From an uncultured Planctomycetota bacterium (GTDB taxonomy: Bacteria; Planctomycetota; Planctomycetia; Pirellulales; Lacipirellulaceae): 64,000 nt of DNA. Numbering within the stretch: the stretch's first letter is position 1; each line of letters starts with the position of its first letter. The notes below the pieces were generated by a model, which ran no database searches, was not told the origin of the DNA, and worked only from the letters and a program-made list of their open reading frames with translations. The DNA lies in NCBI GenBank assembly GCA_963719315.1, contig CAVRBU010000017.1, positions 1 to 64,000 of the forward strand. The letters run 5' to 3'. The position numbers were made by a program, and so were the translations under genes. Below, one piece after another: positions 9,658-22,954 of the stretch.

Positions 9658-10967
9658 TTATCGTTGGCGGACTTTGACGCCGTCCTCGATTTGGTCGCTG
9701 GGGTGGAGGACGATTTCGTCGCCTTCGGAGAGGCCCTTTGCGATTTCGGCTTCCAGGCCGTTTTGGCGGCCGACGGTTACTTTGTGTTTGTGGGCGATGC
9801 CGTTTTGGACGAGGAACACGGCCGGGTCTTCGCCTTCGCGGAACAATGCGCTCGTGGGGATGCGGAGCACATTCTGGGCTTCGTCGATGACGATGCGGGC
9901 TTCGACGCGGAAGCCGTCGCCCAGCGTGGGGCGTTGTTCGGGGGGTTCGACCAGGTCGACGATCACCCACACGCGTTGCTCTTCGACGCCGAGCGTGGAG
10001 ATTTTCGTGAAGCCGGAGGGTTCGACGACGCGGACGCGGCCTTTGAGCGGGGCGGAGCCGCCCCAGTGCTCCAGGAGGGCGAGATCGCCGGGGTGCATTT
10101 TGACGGCGTCGCGGGAGAGGACGTCGATTTCCACTTCTAGATCGGAGGGGTCGCCCAGTTCGACGAGGGCCGTGCCGGGCATCACGACGGCGGAGCTTTC
10201 TTGCATCACGCGGAGAACGCGGCCATTGATGGGGGAATAGATCGGAAAGTTCCAGCCGTTGTTTTCGCTTTCGATTGCCACAGCGGTATTCGCTGGTGCG
10301 TTGCCGTTGCCGTCGCCGTTGGGCGCTGACTCTTTTGGCGGTTTGGCAGCGACGGCTCCGGCGGCTGGGGCCGCATCATCCGGCGCAGGCGGGAGCGCAT
10401 CAGCGCGGCTTGCGCTTGTTCGAGTTCGAAACGGGCAATTTCTTCGGAAAGCTTGGTTGAGCGATACTCTTCATTGGCCTGACGAAATTCCATCTCGGCG
10501 TTATCCAATTCGGATTGAGTCACGCCGCTGCCTTGATACGCTTTGCGGAGGCGCGTGACTTCGGCTTCGGTATACGCCTGGTTGGCCCTCACCTTTTCCA
10601 ACTTGGGCTCGACTTGCCGCAGCGTGGCCTCGGCCGCTTTAACGCGGGCTTCGGCCTGGGCCACGCTGCGGGCGTCAAGCAGTTCGGGGTCGCGGGGTTC
10701 GATCATCGTGAGGAGCGTTTTGCCGGCTTTGACTTCGTCGCCGGGGTCGAGGTTGATTCGCAGGATGCGGCCGTTGAGGGGCGCGGAGACGACGTACTTT
10801 TCGCGGATGCGCGTCTTGCCGTCTTCGTCGACCGTGACCCGCACCGTACCGCGTTCGACTTTGACGAGGTCCACCTCGACGGGCCGCGGCATGAAGGCGT
10901 AGCCCAGGCCGGCGATGATCGCGGCTGCGATGAGAAAGACGAATAGTTTGCTGCCGAGGTTACGCAT
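9658..10967 (-). CDS. Efflux periplasmic adaptor (HlyD/MFP family); frameshift ~10385
   Basis: N-terminal TM, VSAPLNGRI lipoyl half-motif and coiled coil in 10206..10967; SPINGRV and TKISTLGVEEQRV in 9658..10281; third gene of the ABC operon. Confidence 0.9.
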
Positions 10968-11045
10968 GGGGGGAAGGGTGCGGGATGCAGGATACGGGGG
11001 CAGGGGGCTGCGAGAGATCCTGCCGTGTACGTTTTATGTAGTAAC

Positions 11046-11148
11046 TAGAAACCGTTTCAAAACCGAGGGCTAGCGCCCTGCGGCTGATTCAATCAGCCGG
11101 AATGCGCTAGCGTCCGGTTCTCTGGGCAGGGTTTTGAAATTGCTTCTA
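11046..11148. mobile_element. MITE-like element containing a REP-like doublet
   Basis: Terminal IRs TAGAAACCGTTTCAAAAC / GTTTTGAAATTGCTTCTA enclose inverted units AACCGAGGGCTAGCGCCCTGCGGCTGATT / AATCAGCCGGAATGCGCTAGCGTCCGGTT. Confidence 0.6.
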
Positions 11149-11215
11149 CTCTTAAGTTTCATTGAAAATCTTCTTCCACCCCATCCAACATCCGGCATCC
11201 CGCATCCTCTCCACG

Positions 11216-13582
11216 TCACTCGCGGGATTTTAGTACGGCGATCAGGTCGAGGTCGTCTAGTTTGCGGCGGACTAGTAAGGCGGATGCAACGGAGGCGGCC
11301 AGGACTGTGCCGGCGGCCAGGCCATAGGTGGAGGGGGAGATTACGAATGGGAAACGGAATACTTCTTGATCGAGGAATAAGGTGAGCGTCCAGGCGAACC
11401 AGTAGCCCATCACCAGGCCGAAGGGAATGCCGAGCAGCGTGATCGTGCCGATTTCGCCCAGCAGGATGGTCGAAATCTCGCGTTTGGTAAAGCCGATCAC
11501 GCGCAGAGTGGCCAGCTCGCGGCTCCGCTCGGACAGGGAAATTCTAGCTCCATTGTAGACGACGCCGAGCGCGATGATGATGGCAAACGTGAGGTTGATC
11601 ATCCGCATGTGAAGCATGTTTTTGGCGACGGTGTTCTTGAAGCTATCAACGGAGGCCTGGCGAATCGTGACGCTCGCGACTCGCGGAGTTTCCTTGAGTT
11701 GGCGGTAGATTGCGGGCAAAAAGAGGGGGTCGGCGGTCAGCATTGCGCCGCTCACCTGTGGGCCCTCGCGCATCAGGCGATTTAGCGCGTCGATATCCAT
11801 GAAGGCGTTGAGGCCGGTGATGTCGTCGAGCAGATCGACGACCAGCACGTCGGCGACGGGCCGCTTTTCTTGGAGGGCTTCGACGCGGACGGTTTCGCCC
11901 GCTTTGATACCGAGGACGCTGGCTAGTTTCTTGGAGATGATCAGGCCGTCGGGCGGCAGATCGAGAAAGTGCCCGGTCTTGGTTTTAAGCCGCATGAGGG
12001 CGGCATCGTGTGGCAGGCCGACGATGCCGACCCGCCGCGCTCGATTGCCGTGCCGCAGGCGGGCGGAAATCGTGCGCCGCGGTTCGCATTCCTTGACGCC
12101 GGGCAGGTTGGCCAACTCGTGCACGGCGTCGATCGAAACGGGCTCGACCGTGGCGAGCGACAGGTCGTAACGCTGTACGTCGTAGAACTGTGTGTTGATG
12201 ACCTCGTCGACCGAATTGCGCATGAAGTTGCCGACGACGACGATGGCGACGGACATCGAGATGGCCAGCAACGAAAAGGACGTCTTCACCGGGTGTCGTT
12301 CGAGTTGTCGCAGAATCATGCGGGCGATGTTCGGTACCAGGCGGCCGAGGCCGATTCGCTCGAGGAGAGTGGGGCCGTAGCGGGCGGGAGGTTCTGGCCG
12401 CATCGCTTCGGCCGGCGGCAAGCGAACGGCGAGGGCGATCGCGCCGAATGCGCCGAATGCGGCCGCGCCGCCGGCCACAAGGACGGCGTTGGCGATCACG
12501 TTCGGTTGTACTTGGAACACGAGTTCCGGGTATTGATAGACGCGCAGGAAGAGTTTCGTGAAATCGTGGGCGAGCCACATGCCGCCGAAGGTGCCGAGCA
12601 AACCGCCGGCCAGCGTAATGAGCAGCACGAATTTCATGTAGTGCCAGGCGATTTGCAGATTCGTGTAGCCGAACGCTTTCAGGGCGGCGATTTGTTCGCG
12701 TTGCAGGCTGGTGAGTCGCGTGAGCACGACGTTCAGCAGGAAAGCCGCCACGCACAGAAAGATCGTCGGCGCGATCATGCCGGCCGAGCGCAGGCCTTGG
12801 ATGTCGCTCTCCAGCAGCATGTTCGAGAGTTGATCCTTGCGGGCGAAGGCGCCGAGGCAGCCATAGGGCTCGAGCACCGTGTCGACGCGGTGAATCACTT
12901 CTTCGACCGGTGTGCCGCGCGTGAGGCTGATCGCAACGTCGTTGAAGGCTTCGTCCATGTCGTAGGCTGTGGAAAGGGCCTTGTGTTCCATCCACAGGAT
13001 GCCGAAATGTTTCGGATCGGGGAGCATGTCGCCGGGTTTGATTTGAAAGACGTATTCCGGTGAAAACGCTACGCCGACGACCTGGAGTTCCTTCCGTCGC
13101 CCGTTAATAATGGCGGTGATCGAATCGCCCACATCCAAATTGTTGGCCTTGAGGAATGCTTCACTCGCGAGGACTTCGTCGTCGCGGCCGACGGTGAGCT
13201 GGCGACCACGCCGCAGGTAAAGCTGGTTGAGCCGCGGCGGGCGCGTGACGGGCAATGAGATCAATTGGCCGACGGCAGGTTCGTCCAAGCCCCGCACGTC
13301 CAGCGTGACGAGTTCGACGATGCGCGTTTCGACCTGAGCCACGCCGGGAATCTCGGCCAGCCGATCGGCGAGCGAATCGGGCGCGCGTTTCACCTTGGCG
13401 AAGACATCGGAGAAGCGGTAGCGCTCGTAGAACGTGGAGCGCGTCAATTCGAGCGAATTCATGATCGTCCGCGAGTTGACGAACGTCGCTACGCCGGCCG
13501 CGATGACGATCGCGATCGCAAACGATTGCCCTTTCATTTGCGAGAGGTCACGAAACAGTTTGCGATCGAGGGAGGAGAGCAT
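11216..13582 (-). CDS. ABC exporter permease (MacB/FtsX-like, duplicated)
   Basis: 788 aa; two FtsX-type motifs [13 protein letters not shown] and [14 protein letters not shown]. Confidence 0.92.
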   Translation of the reverse strand: MLSSLDRKLFRDLSQMKGQSFAIAIVIAAGVATFVNSRTIMNSLELTRSTFYERYRFSDVFAKVKRAPDSLADRLAEIPGVAQVETRIVELVTLDVRGLDEPAVGQLISLPVTRPPRLNQLYLRRGRQLTVGRDDEVLASEAFLKANNLDVGDSITAIINGRRKELQVVGVAFSPEYVFQIKPGDMLPDPKHFGILWMEHKALSTAYDMDEAFNDVAISLTRGTPVEEVIHRVDTVLEPYGCLGAFARKDQLSNMLLESDIQGLRSAGMIAPTIFLCVAAFLLNVVLTRLTSLQREQIAALKAFGYTNLQIAWHYMKFVLLITLAGGLLGTFGGMWLAHDFTKLFLRVYQYPELVFQVQPNVIANAVLVAGGAAAFGAFGAIALAVRLPPAEAMRPEPPARYGPTLLERIGLGRLVPNIARMILRQLERHPVKTSFSLLAISMSVAIVVVGNFMRNSVDEVINTQFYDVQRYDLSLATVEPVSIDAVHELANLPGVKECEPRRTISARLRHGNRARRVGIVGLPHDAALMRLKTKTGHFLDLPPDGLIISKKLASVLGIKAGETVRVEALQEKRPVADVLVVDLLDDITGLNAFMDIDALNRLMREGPQVSGAMLTADPLFLPAIYRQLKETPRVASVTIRQASVDSFKNTVAKNMLHMRMINLTFAIIIALGVVYNGARISLSERSRELATLRVIGFTKREISTILLGEIGTITLLGIPFGLVMGYWFAWTLTLFLDQEVFRFPFVISPSTYGLAAGTVLAASVASALLVRRKLDDLDLIAVLKSRE

Positions 13583-13642
13583 TGGGGGAGGAGTGAAAGG
13601 TGTCGGGTGTCAGGTGTCGGGGCGATGAAGTCCGACCTCTTT

Positions 13643-14398
<756 letters not shown>

Positions 14399-14510
14399 CC
14401 GTCGAATGCTTTGTGTGGATCGTTGGGTTTGACTTTAGCCATTATCCGGGTTCCAGGCGTAGGAAAATAGTGGTCGAATTGGGGGAGTTGCTCGCCAACC
14501 GAAACCTTCC

Positions 14511-16355
14511 GTGAGTTGCCGCGGACTTCGATCCGGCGTACAAACAAGCGGTGACCGAAGTTGCCCCACGAATCACTCATTTTCCGAGAACAGTTTGAAT
14601 CGTCCCACACTTTCGAATCTCAGAGCTTGTTCCTGCGGCATTCGACCGCTTTCGCTGATGTGGGCGTTATTGTTTCTTGCTAACGCGACTGGCCTCGTTT
14701 TGGCGGGCGGCGGGCCGGAGAACGTCTTCCTGCTGGTGAACTCCAATAGCGAATCCTCGAAGACGATCGCCAATCATTACATCGAGCTTCGCAAGATTCC
14801 TCCCACGAACGTGCTTTACGTCGATTGGAAGTACAACCTGGATAGCAGCTCGGTCGTAGGCTTGCGCGATAAGATTTTGCTGCCCGCTTTGAAGACGATG
14901 GACGAACGGCAACTGACTCCCCAGATCGATTACCTGATTTACTCGAGTGACTTTCCGTGGCGGGTGGAATTGCAGCCGGCTTTTCCGAACCACGAATTCC
15001 ATAGTCCATTCGACCAATGGGCTTCGACGACCGGTACGACGTACTTGATTTCGTACCTCCGCAGCGACAATCCAGATATCGTTCAACCGACTGCCAATTG
15101 GTACGTACCGGGACCAATTGGCATTAACGAGGGGCAATGCAGGCAGCTCGCCAACGTGCCTTCGCACGGATTTCGGTCGCGCTATACGTGGGGTCCTCAA
15201 GGAATCAAGACGGCCGAGAAAACCAATGGCCGGCAGTACTTGCTAAGCACGATGCTGGGAGTTACGCAGGGCCGCGGCAACACGGTGGACGAGGTCATTG
15301 ATTACCTCCGGCGTGCCGCGGCCGCGGACTACACGAAGCCTCCGGGCACGATCTATTTCATGTGGAACGGGGATGTTCGCAGCACGACGCGCGATAAGTG
15401 TTTTGAATCCATCGCCGCCCAAATCAACGCATTGGGGGTGCGTGCAAAAGTTCAACAAGGGCGACTCCCGGACGGCGCCAGGGATGTCGTCGGCCTGATG
15501 GTTGGAGCATCCGATTTCAACGTCAAGAAGTCGGGAATCCTGATTCGGCCGGGAGCTATTTGCGAACATCTGACGAGCGCCGGGGGCGTGTTGCTCGCCA
15601 CGGGTTCTCAGACCCCGCTCAGCGAATTCCTGCGGTACGGCGCGGCCGGCGCCAGCGGCACGATCGCCGAGCCTCACGCCATTCAAGCCAAGTTCCCGCT
15701 GCCGTCGCTGCAATTGCACTACGCTCGCGGTTGCTCACTGGCGGAAGCGTTCTACCAATCGATTAGCGGGCCGTACCAAATACTGATCGTTGGCGATCCG
15801 TTGTGCCAGCCGTGGGCGACGCCGCCGAGGATCGCGGTTGAGGGGATCAAGGCCGAGGAGAGCGTGAAGGGGACCGTCTCGATCACGCCGATCGGCGTCG
15901 CCAAAGGAGGTCGGGCTCTAAGTGCGGTGGAGGTCTTCGTGGACGGTCATCTGGTCGCCACAAACGCGCCGGGCAAAACGCTGGAGATTGACACGACAAA
16001 ACTGCCGGATGGCTATCACGAGCTGCGGATCGTGGGCATCGATTCGAATCCCATTGAAACGCAAGGCCGCCTGATTCTGGCGTTTTACGTCCGCAACCAT
16101 GACGTGCAACTGGAGCTCAAGATATCGCCCTACCGCGCCAAGTTCGCCGACACGTTTCGGATCAGCGTGCGCCAACCGGGCGCCAAGGCGATCACGATTC
16201 GACAGAACCGTCGCGACCTGGGCCTCGTACAAGGCGAAGCGGGCGAAGTGGAAATTTCAGCAGCGAAGCTCGGTCGCGGCCCCAGTACGTTGCAGGCATT
16301 TAGCGAAGGTGACGTGACGGCCGTTTCCGTACCAATTCGAGTGCTGGTCGAATGA
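14511..16355 (+). CDS. Exported TIGR03790-like protein with C-terminal Ig-like domain (start uncertain, possibly 14658)
   Basis: GPENVFLLVN...IANHYIELRKIP N-terminus and GAAGASGTIAEP...SLAEAFY...VGDPL C-terminal motif. Confidence 0.7.
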   Translation: MSCRGLRSGVQTSGDRSCPTNHSFSENSLNRPTLSNLRACSCGIRPLSLMWALLFLANATGLVLAGGGPENVFLLVNSNSESSKTIANHYIELRKIPPTNVLYVDWKYNLDSSSVVGLRDKILLPALKTMDERQLTPQIDYLIYSSDFPWRVELQPAFPNHEFHSPFDQWASTTGTTYLISYLRSDNPDIVQPTANWYVPGPIGINEGQCRQLANVPSHGFRSRYTWGPQGIKTAEKTNGRQYLLSTMLGVTQGRGNTVDEVIDYLRRAAAADYTKPPGTIYFMWNGDVRSTTRDKCFESIAAQINALGVRAKVQQGRLPDGARDVVGLMVGASDFNVKKSGILIRPGAICEHLTSAGGVLLATGSQTPLSEFLRYGAAGASGTIAEPHAIQAKFPLPSLQLHYARGCSLAEAFYQSISGPYQILIVGDPLCQPWATPPRIAVEGIKAEESVKGTVSITPIGVAKGGRALSAVEVFVDGHLVATNAPGKTLEIDTTKLPDGYHELRIVGIDSNPIETQGRLILAFYVRNHDVQLELKISPYRAKFADTFRISVRQPGAKAITIRQNRRDLGLVQGEAGEVEISAAKLGRGPSTLQAFSEGDVTAVSVPIRVLVE

Positions 16356-16480
16356 GCATGGAATTCGCGGAAACGGCCCCAACCGCGAAACCGAATTCAG
16401 TGTCTCGGCCTGCAAATTGGCGGAGTAAACGGATTTTGCCGGTTAGCCGGCGTGTAAAGCTGGGTAGACCGGTTACTTCG

Positions 16481-16508
16481 TTGACAGCGAATGCCATACA
16501 GATACGAT
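16481..16508 (+). promoter_or_regulatory. Candidate sigma-70 promoter for the TPR gene
   Basis: TTGACA-N16-TACGAT, ~350 nt upstream of ATG 16861. Confidence 0.5.
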
Positions 16509-16860
16509 GAAACAAGGCTCCACAGGCCCGGATCGTCGGCAGTCGCGAGGGATTCGGCGGTTGGTCCGCTCCGATCGCGGAGTTGCCAGGTCGTTTTTTT
16601 CTCGGCTTCTTCATCCGCGGATCCTCCGCCGGTGGTTGCCACATGCCGGGGCCAGGTATTGCTGGAATCTCATCGTACAGACAATCGGGTTCACAGCGGG
16701 CCAGTTGTGCCGAATTGTCGGCCGCTTTGGTCGGTTGCGATTCGCCAGGCGACTTATCTTCCACTGCCAATAATGGGAAACTCATGAGTATGGCCTGCCT
16801 GCAGCGAGCGGACTCGCCCGGGCGTCGCCGTGCCGATTCAAACGAGTTCAGGTATCGAAC

Positions 16861-19800
16861 ATGCAACAGTATCGCGCCAATTATCCGCTCTTGATTGGGC
16901 TCGTCATCGGCACGCTCGTTTGCTCGGGCGCCGTATATGGTTTGTGGCGATTCCAGATCGAGCGCACCTCCGGCACGTTGATCGCGGAAGCCAAAAAGGC
17001 TCGCGAAGCCGGCGACTTTCGCGAAGCCAAGCAATTCTACAGCCAGTATCTTTCCATTCATCCGGACGATATTTCGGCGCAGCTTGGAATATGCGAATGC
17101 CGTCGTCGACGTCACGGAGGCGGACGACGTCACTTTGTTGGACATTTCCGACGCGGTTCGCGTTCTGGAATCCATGCTTCGCAATCCAGACTTTGCGAAC
17201 GCTCCGGAATCGAAAGAGATTCGCCGCCGACTGATCGAACTCTACGGCAGAGATAGTGTCCGCAACTACGAGGCTGCGCTCGATCATCTCAGCCTGATGC
17301 TGGAGGCGGATCCCCAGAATACGGAGTTGCAGGTGCTGCGGGCGAGTTATCTGGCCAAGTCGCAGAATTTCGATGGGGCCGTGAAATACTCGTATCAGCT
17401 CATCGGTTACGATCCGAAGGCGAGTCAATTCGACCTAAAGAAGGCCACGGCTCCGCACGATCCCCAAGTCTACTCGACACTGGCCGCCATCGTTCGAAGC
17501 AAGCAGAACAAGCCCGAGTTGGCGGATCGCATCGTCGATCAAATGGTCGAGGCGAATCCTAAATCGGCGGAAGCCTACATTCAACGCGGGCAACTGCGGA
17601 GCGCTTGGGGCAATACCGACGAAGCGCGGGCCGATGGGAAAAAGGCGTATCAACTGAAGCCCGAGGACACCGACGTGCTGCTGTTCATGGCGGACATGGC
17701 GGCGCACGACGAAAAATATGACCAGGCCAACGAATACCTGCAAAAGGCGAAAAAGCTCCATCCGGATGACGTGCGACTCTACCGGGCGTCGGCCGCCGTG
17801 GAGATCAAGCAGCAGGCCTCCGCTAAGCCTGAAGAGAGGCAACAGCACTACGACAAGGCCATGGCCCAGATCGAAGAGGGCATTAAAAAAGTTTCCGGCA
17901 GCAAGGCCATGCAACTGCTGTTTTTCAAAGCCGAGCTGCAGATTGCGGCGCAAGACGTGAAGGGCGCCCGGCAAACGATCGAAGAGTTGCGAAAAGTCCG
18001 CAATTTGCGATCGGACTATCTCGACTATTACGATGCTCGAATTCTGCAAGCCGAGGGTAATTGGTTCCAGGCGAGCGAAGCCTTCAACAAGCTCAAGCCA
18101 ACCATGGCTGACTTCGGCAGCGAGATATCCATGGAGATCAATTACAACCTCGCGATGTGTTATGAGCGACTGGGCCGGTTCGATATGGCCCAGAGCCAAT
18201 ACGAGCTCATGGTGCAGCAAGATCCGACGAACGAACCCGCGAAGTTGGGCGTCCAGCGGATGAAAGCCATGCTCGGCGCCGAAAAGGACGACCTCGGCAG
18301 CGATCCGCTACAAAAGGCGATTGCCGACGAGCTCAAGAAGCCGAAAGACGAGCAGAATTGGACCAAGGTCGATGAGATGGTGAAAGAGATGGCGACGAAG
18401 CGCCAGTTGGACGAAACCACGATGAAACTCTACCAGGCCCAACTCATGATCATGCGCGAAGACTTCGATGGCGCCGCCAAGTTGCTCGGGGAAGCGAAGA
18501 ATCTTTCGCCGAAGAATTTGCAGGTCCATCGGATGATCATCCAGCTAGCTCGAATCAATCCGAAAATTGGTCCGGAGCGCGCCGCGGAGGTGTTGAAGAA
18601 AGTGGTTGCAGAATTCGGCGACCAATCGGCCTTGCGAATCGATAAGGCCGATATCCTGATCCAACTGAACAAGGATCAGCAGGATAAGGAGCCACTCAAG
18701 CGCGAATTGGCCAATCTTTTCGCGGGAATGGACCAATGGACCAAGCCGCAGAAGATCGAGTTGTGGAGCAACATGGCCAATCGCTATCTCAATCTCAACA
18801 TGCTGGATGAAGCGCGGCAGTATTTGACGTTGGCCGCCGACAATCAGCCGAATGAATTGAAACTGCGGTTGGCCCTGTTTTCGTTGGCCATGGAAGCCGG
18901 CGACGATGCGGGCATGAAGGATGCGCAGGACAAGATTCTGCAAATCGTGGGCGACAAGAACGACAGCAATTGGTTGTATGCCGAAGCGCGTCGCAAGCTA
19001 ACGCTGATTCGCCGTCAGCGGCTGGGACCGGAGGCGTTGAACGACGTTCGCTCCTTGGCGAATCAAGCGCTACAGCAGCGGCCCGATTGGTTCGAGTTGC
19101 AAGCATTGCTGGCCGAGGTCGAGCTAATGGCCAACAACGGCGCCCTGGCGTTGGAGCACTATGACCGCGCGGAAGAATTAGGGCGGCCCACGGCCTCGGT
19201 GGTGGCACCGCACATCCGCTTGCTGGCCGCCAACGGACGTTTCGCCGATGCTGGAAAACTGCTCGATCGAATTCCAGAGGCGGCACGGCAACCGATGCTG
19301 GGCCCACTGTACGCGGAAATACTGTTTCGCACCAAGCAAACGGATGCGGCGATCAAACAGGCCAAGGCCGCGACCGAAAGCGATCCCAAAAGTGCGCAGA
19401 ACCAGTATTGGTATGGTCAATTGTTCGCGCGCTCTGCGCAGGCCAGCGATCTCACGCCGCAGCGGCGGACCGAGATCATGAACGACGCCATCCTAGCGAT
19501 GCAACGGGCGGCGGAGTTGCAGCCCGAGTTTCCCGACGCGTGGTTCGCTCTCATCAATTACTACGCGATGCAGAAGAATGAAGCCCAAGCCCAAAAAACC
19601 ATGCGCAACGCGCAGCTCGTTCTGACCGGCGACAACTTGCAGATCTTTTTGGCCCGCAGTTACGAAGTTCTCCATCGCTGGTTCGACGCAGAGACGATGT
19701 ACCGCGAAATCTACGAGACCGCGCCGGACGACTTGAGTCGCGCCCAGCAACTAGCGGCCTTCTACTTGGGGCCGATCTACCAGCGCCCCGACCGGCGCGA

Positions 19801-21283
19801 AAAGGCCACTCCGCTCGTCAATCAAATACTGAAGGCGGGCGCCGAGAAGAAGATTCCGGCCAACGATGGGACCCTGTTGTGGGCCCGCCGGACGGCTGCC
19901 AAAATCTACTCGAATACGAACGAGTATCCGAACTTGCTCAAGGCCGAAAAACTACTGAGGTCAAACTCCCAGGACGGCCACCTGTTGATAGAAGACAAGC
20001 TGGCGATGGCCGAGATTTTGGCCCCGCGACCCGAGCCGCTGTCGCGCCTCAAAGCCATCGGTTTGTTGGAAGAAGTCTCCAAAGTACAACCACTCAACGA
20101 GCAGGCGGAGATTCAGTTGGCCGAATTGTATTACGCGACCGGTGGCTTCTCGCCGCAATACGAAGGGCAAATGGAAAAGACCGTCGCGCGTTATCCGAAT
20201 TCAATCGAGGCGCGGCAGGCTTATGCGGGCAAATTGCTGGCCCGCGGCGACCAGCGGTCCCTCGATCGGGCGGCTAAGCACGTCAGTAAGCTTCGCGAAC
20301 TGGCGCCCAACAGCCCGATAACATTTGAGCTGACCGTGCGCCTGGCCAGCAAACTTGGCAAACAGCAACAAGTGCGCGACGACCTGCTGAAACGGATGCC
20401 GAAGATTCAAGACATCAAGGACATGGATGACAACACGGCCCGGTCGTTAGCGATGTTTGCCCAACTGCTTATCGAATTGGGAGACCTCGACTCGGCCGAA
20501 AAGATTTATACCGAGCTTGCGTCCCGCAACCCCGCCATGGTGTACGAGCTGGCCAAGTTCCTGGGCGAGCATCGCGACCCGGAGAAATGCTTTGCGAAGT
20601 TGAACGAGGTGTATAAGCCCGCTGCCGTTTCCGATATTCTGTCGGTGGCATTGGCGGTGGACCGCGACCGGCGGGATAAGGTCGGCGATAAATTCGATGC
20701 GGATATCCAGCGGTGGTTGGACGCCGGACTGCGGGAAAGTCCGGATTCGATCCCTCTGCTGATCGTTCAGGGCGATTTCTACGACCTGCAAAAGAAGTAT
20801 GACGAAGCGGCGGGCGTTTATCGCAAACTCCTTTCCCGCAAGGACTTGACCGGCATTCGCCGGGCCGTGGTGCTCAACAACGTGAGCTTCCTGCTGGCCC
20901 TTTCCAACTCGACGGCGGGCGACAACCCGCTCAAGCTGGTCCAAGAGGCGGCAGACATCATGGGGCCCAATTCGGATATATTGGATACCCGGGCGGTCGT
21001 GCTGATTTCGCAAAAGGATTACAAGTCCGCGATTCGCGATCTGGAGCTCTCCGTGACCGATAATCCGACGGCCTCGAAGTATTACCACAAAGCGCTGGCG
21101 CACTACTTGAACAAAGAGAACAAGGCCGCCGTCGAGGCCTGGGAAAAGGCCGAAACCCTCGGTTTGACCCGCGATTCGCTAAACCGCCTGGAACACGACC
21201 AGTACGAGGATCTGAAGAAGAAGATCGATCAAATCCGCAATCGATCGGTGACGCAAGCGGAAGCCCCGCGCAAGGCCGGCTGA
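16861..21283 (+). CDS. Very large membrane-anchored TPR protein; frameshift ~17085
   Basis: N-terminal TM in ORF 16861..17256 continuing into the 1399-aa all-TPR ORF, ending LNNVSFLLA...ILDTRAV. Confidence 0.85.
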
Positions 21284-21317
21284 CACGGGTCAGCTTTTCC
21301 CCAAGACGAACACAACT

Positions 21318-22101
21318 ATGACAACAAACTACCGAGCATTCAGCGTTGTGGCGGTCATCGCCGTATCCTGCGTGGCGCCTCTCGTGGTTCGTGCGCAGGA
21401 TCCACAGATTGCGCATTCCTACGAGCAAGGAGTCAACGCATATTTTGCCGGCCGTTCTTATCAGGCGGAATCATTCCTGTCGTCCGCCATGGAATACGAT
21501 TCACAAAACCCGCTGGCGTATTACTTCCGCGCTGAGCCTGTTGCGCCAAGGCCGCCTGGATGAAGCCCGCGGCGATATGCTAGTCGGCGCGCAGCTGGAG
21601 GCTCAGCAACCGCATCGATTTGCGATTGGTTCGGCGCTGGAGAGAGTGCAAGGTTGCGACCGCTTGATGCTGGAAGAATTTCGACGCAACGCTCGGCGAG
21701 ACGCCGCGACGGCATCGCTTGCCCAGCCGGTGGCCGGCAATGCTCCGATATCGAACCCAATAATTCGGGCAGGCGAGGGCGGGGTGCTGCGCGAGCGGCG
21801 CGTCGTACCGTTGGAGGAATTGCTTCGGCCGGGCGGTCCGCAATCGGTCGCCGTGGAGCCGGCCGGCGAAGCGCCGGTCGTTCCGCCCCAAAACCAAAGC
21901 CAGCCGTCGGCCGCGAAGGCCGCTGAACAACCAGCGACACCCGCCGCGGCGGCCCCCAAGGACCCATTCGCAGACGAACCCGAACGGCCTGCGCCCAAAC
22001 CGGCGCCGACTCCGGTGATACCACCGCAGGAAAACGCAAAACCGGCCAATCCGCCCGCAAATCCACCAGCCGAGCAGGTCTTAAACCCGTTCGGCGGCTA
22101 A
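21318..22101 (+). CDS. Exported protein with N-terminal TPR and Pro/Ala-rich tail; frameshift ~21530
   Basis: Signal peptide, YEQGVNAYFAG...YYFR then LSLLRQG...LERVQG; low-complexity tail ending NPFGG. Confidence 0.75.
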
Positions 22102-22211
22102 TAAGCAATACTATTAGTAGGGGGCTGCAGCGCTTGGCGATGGTCGCCAAACGAAAGCACTTCACTAAGCCCGAAGTCTCACGATAGGATCCAGTTCAAG
22201 GCCCGATCGAC

Positions 22212-22871
22212 ATGAAACTGTTTGGAATTCGACAAACATTACTCGCGGCGGGAATCGTTGTTGCCGCAGCTTGCATCTCGTGCAGTCACCACAATTCGTC
22301 GAGCGGCTCGTCGGCTGCGGCGAAAAACGTCAAACCTGGGCCGGAAGAAAGCTTCAAGCTGATCATGGACATCTTCCGGCGGCGGATGGAGGAAATACCG
22401 ATCGGGTTCGTCATGACCAATGCCAGCGGTCGCACGATGATGACAGGCGCCAACAAGGTGCAAGAGGAACTCATTCGGCCGGCAAAAGAGGGCGAACCGT
22501 ATAAAGCCGTCGTCACAGTTTCCAGCCAATCGAATTACTCGATCAAGCGGATCGTCGAGGCCCCGGACGATCCGAGCGGGCACGACAAGAACAGCTCGCA
22601 AAAGGACAACTCGCTCGCGGACAAGGACGACAAGGCCGCGCTGCCCTTCGATTCCGGATCTTCCAGCAGCGGCGACGATCAATCGAAGTCGCGATCGGCG
22701 CTTCGCCCCGGCGATGAGGCCGTCACCCAACGACCCGATAAGGAAGTGCGTAAGTACGAGTTGCTCTACCAGGATGGCCGGTGGGTGCTCGTCACGAAGC
22801 TCAGTCTGGAAACGGAACAATCGATCCAGAACGCATTCAAGAACGCCCTCGATACGCAGACATCCGGTTAG
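22212..22871 (+). CDS. Hypothetical lipoprotein
   Basis: Lipoprotein-like signal (AACISC); 219 aa. Confidence 0.7.
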   Translation: MKLFGIRQTLLAAGIVVAAACISCSHHNSSSGSSAAAKNVKPGPEESFKLIMDIFRRRMEEIPIGFVMTNASGRTMMTGANKVQEELIRPAKEGEPYKAVVTVSSQSNYSIKRIVEAPDDPSGHDKNSSQKDNSLADKDDKAALPFDSGSSSSGDDQSKSRSALRPGDEAVTQRPDKEVRKYELLYQDGRWVLVTKLSLETEQSIQNAFKNALDTQTSG

Positions 22872-22954
22872 TAGTGCGCGGCCTGTGGGGCCAACAACGT
22901 CCTGCCGCTTGCGTTGGTCGAAGTCAGAGACGCCTTCCATATTTGGAGCAACGA

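Noticed and set aside
11969..13063. Long alternative-frame ORFs over the permease (similar ones overlap dnaE, ugd, ribBA and the decarboxylase)
   Set aside because: They overlap well-supported genes and have shadow-like composition.
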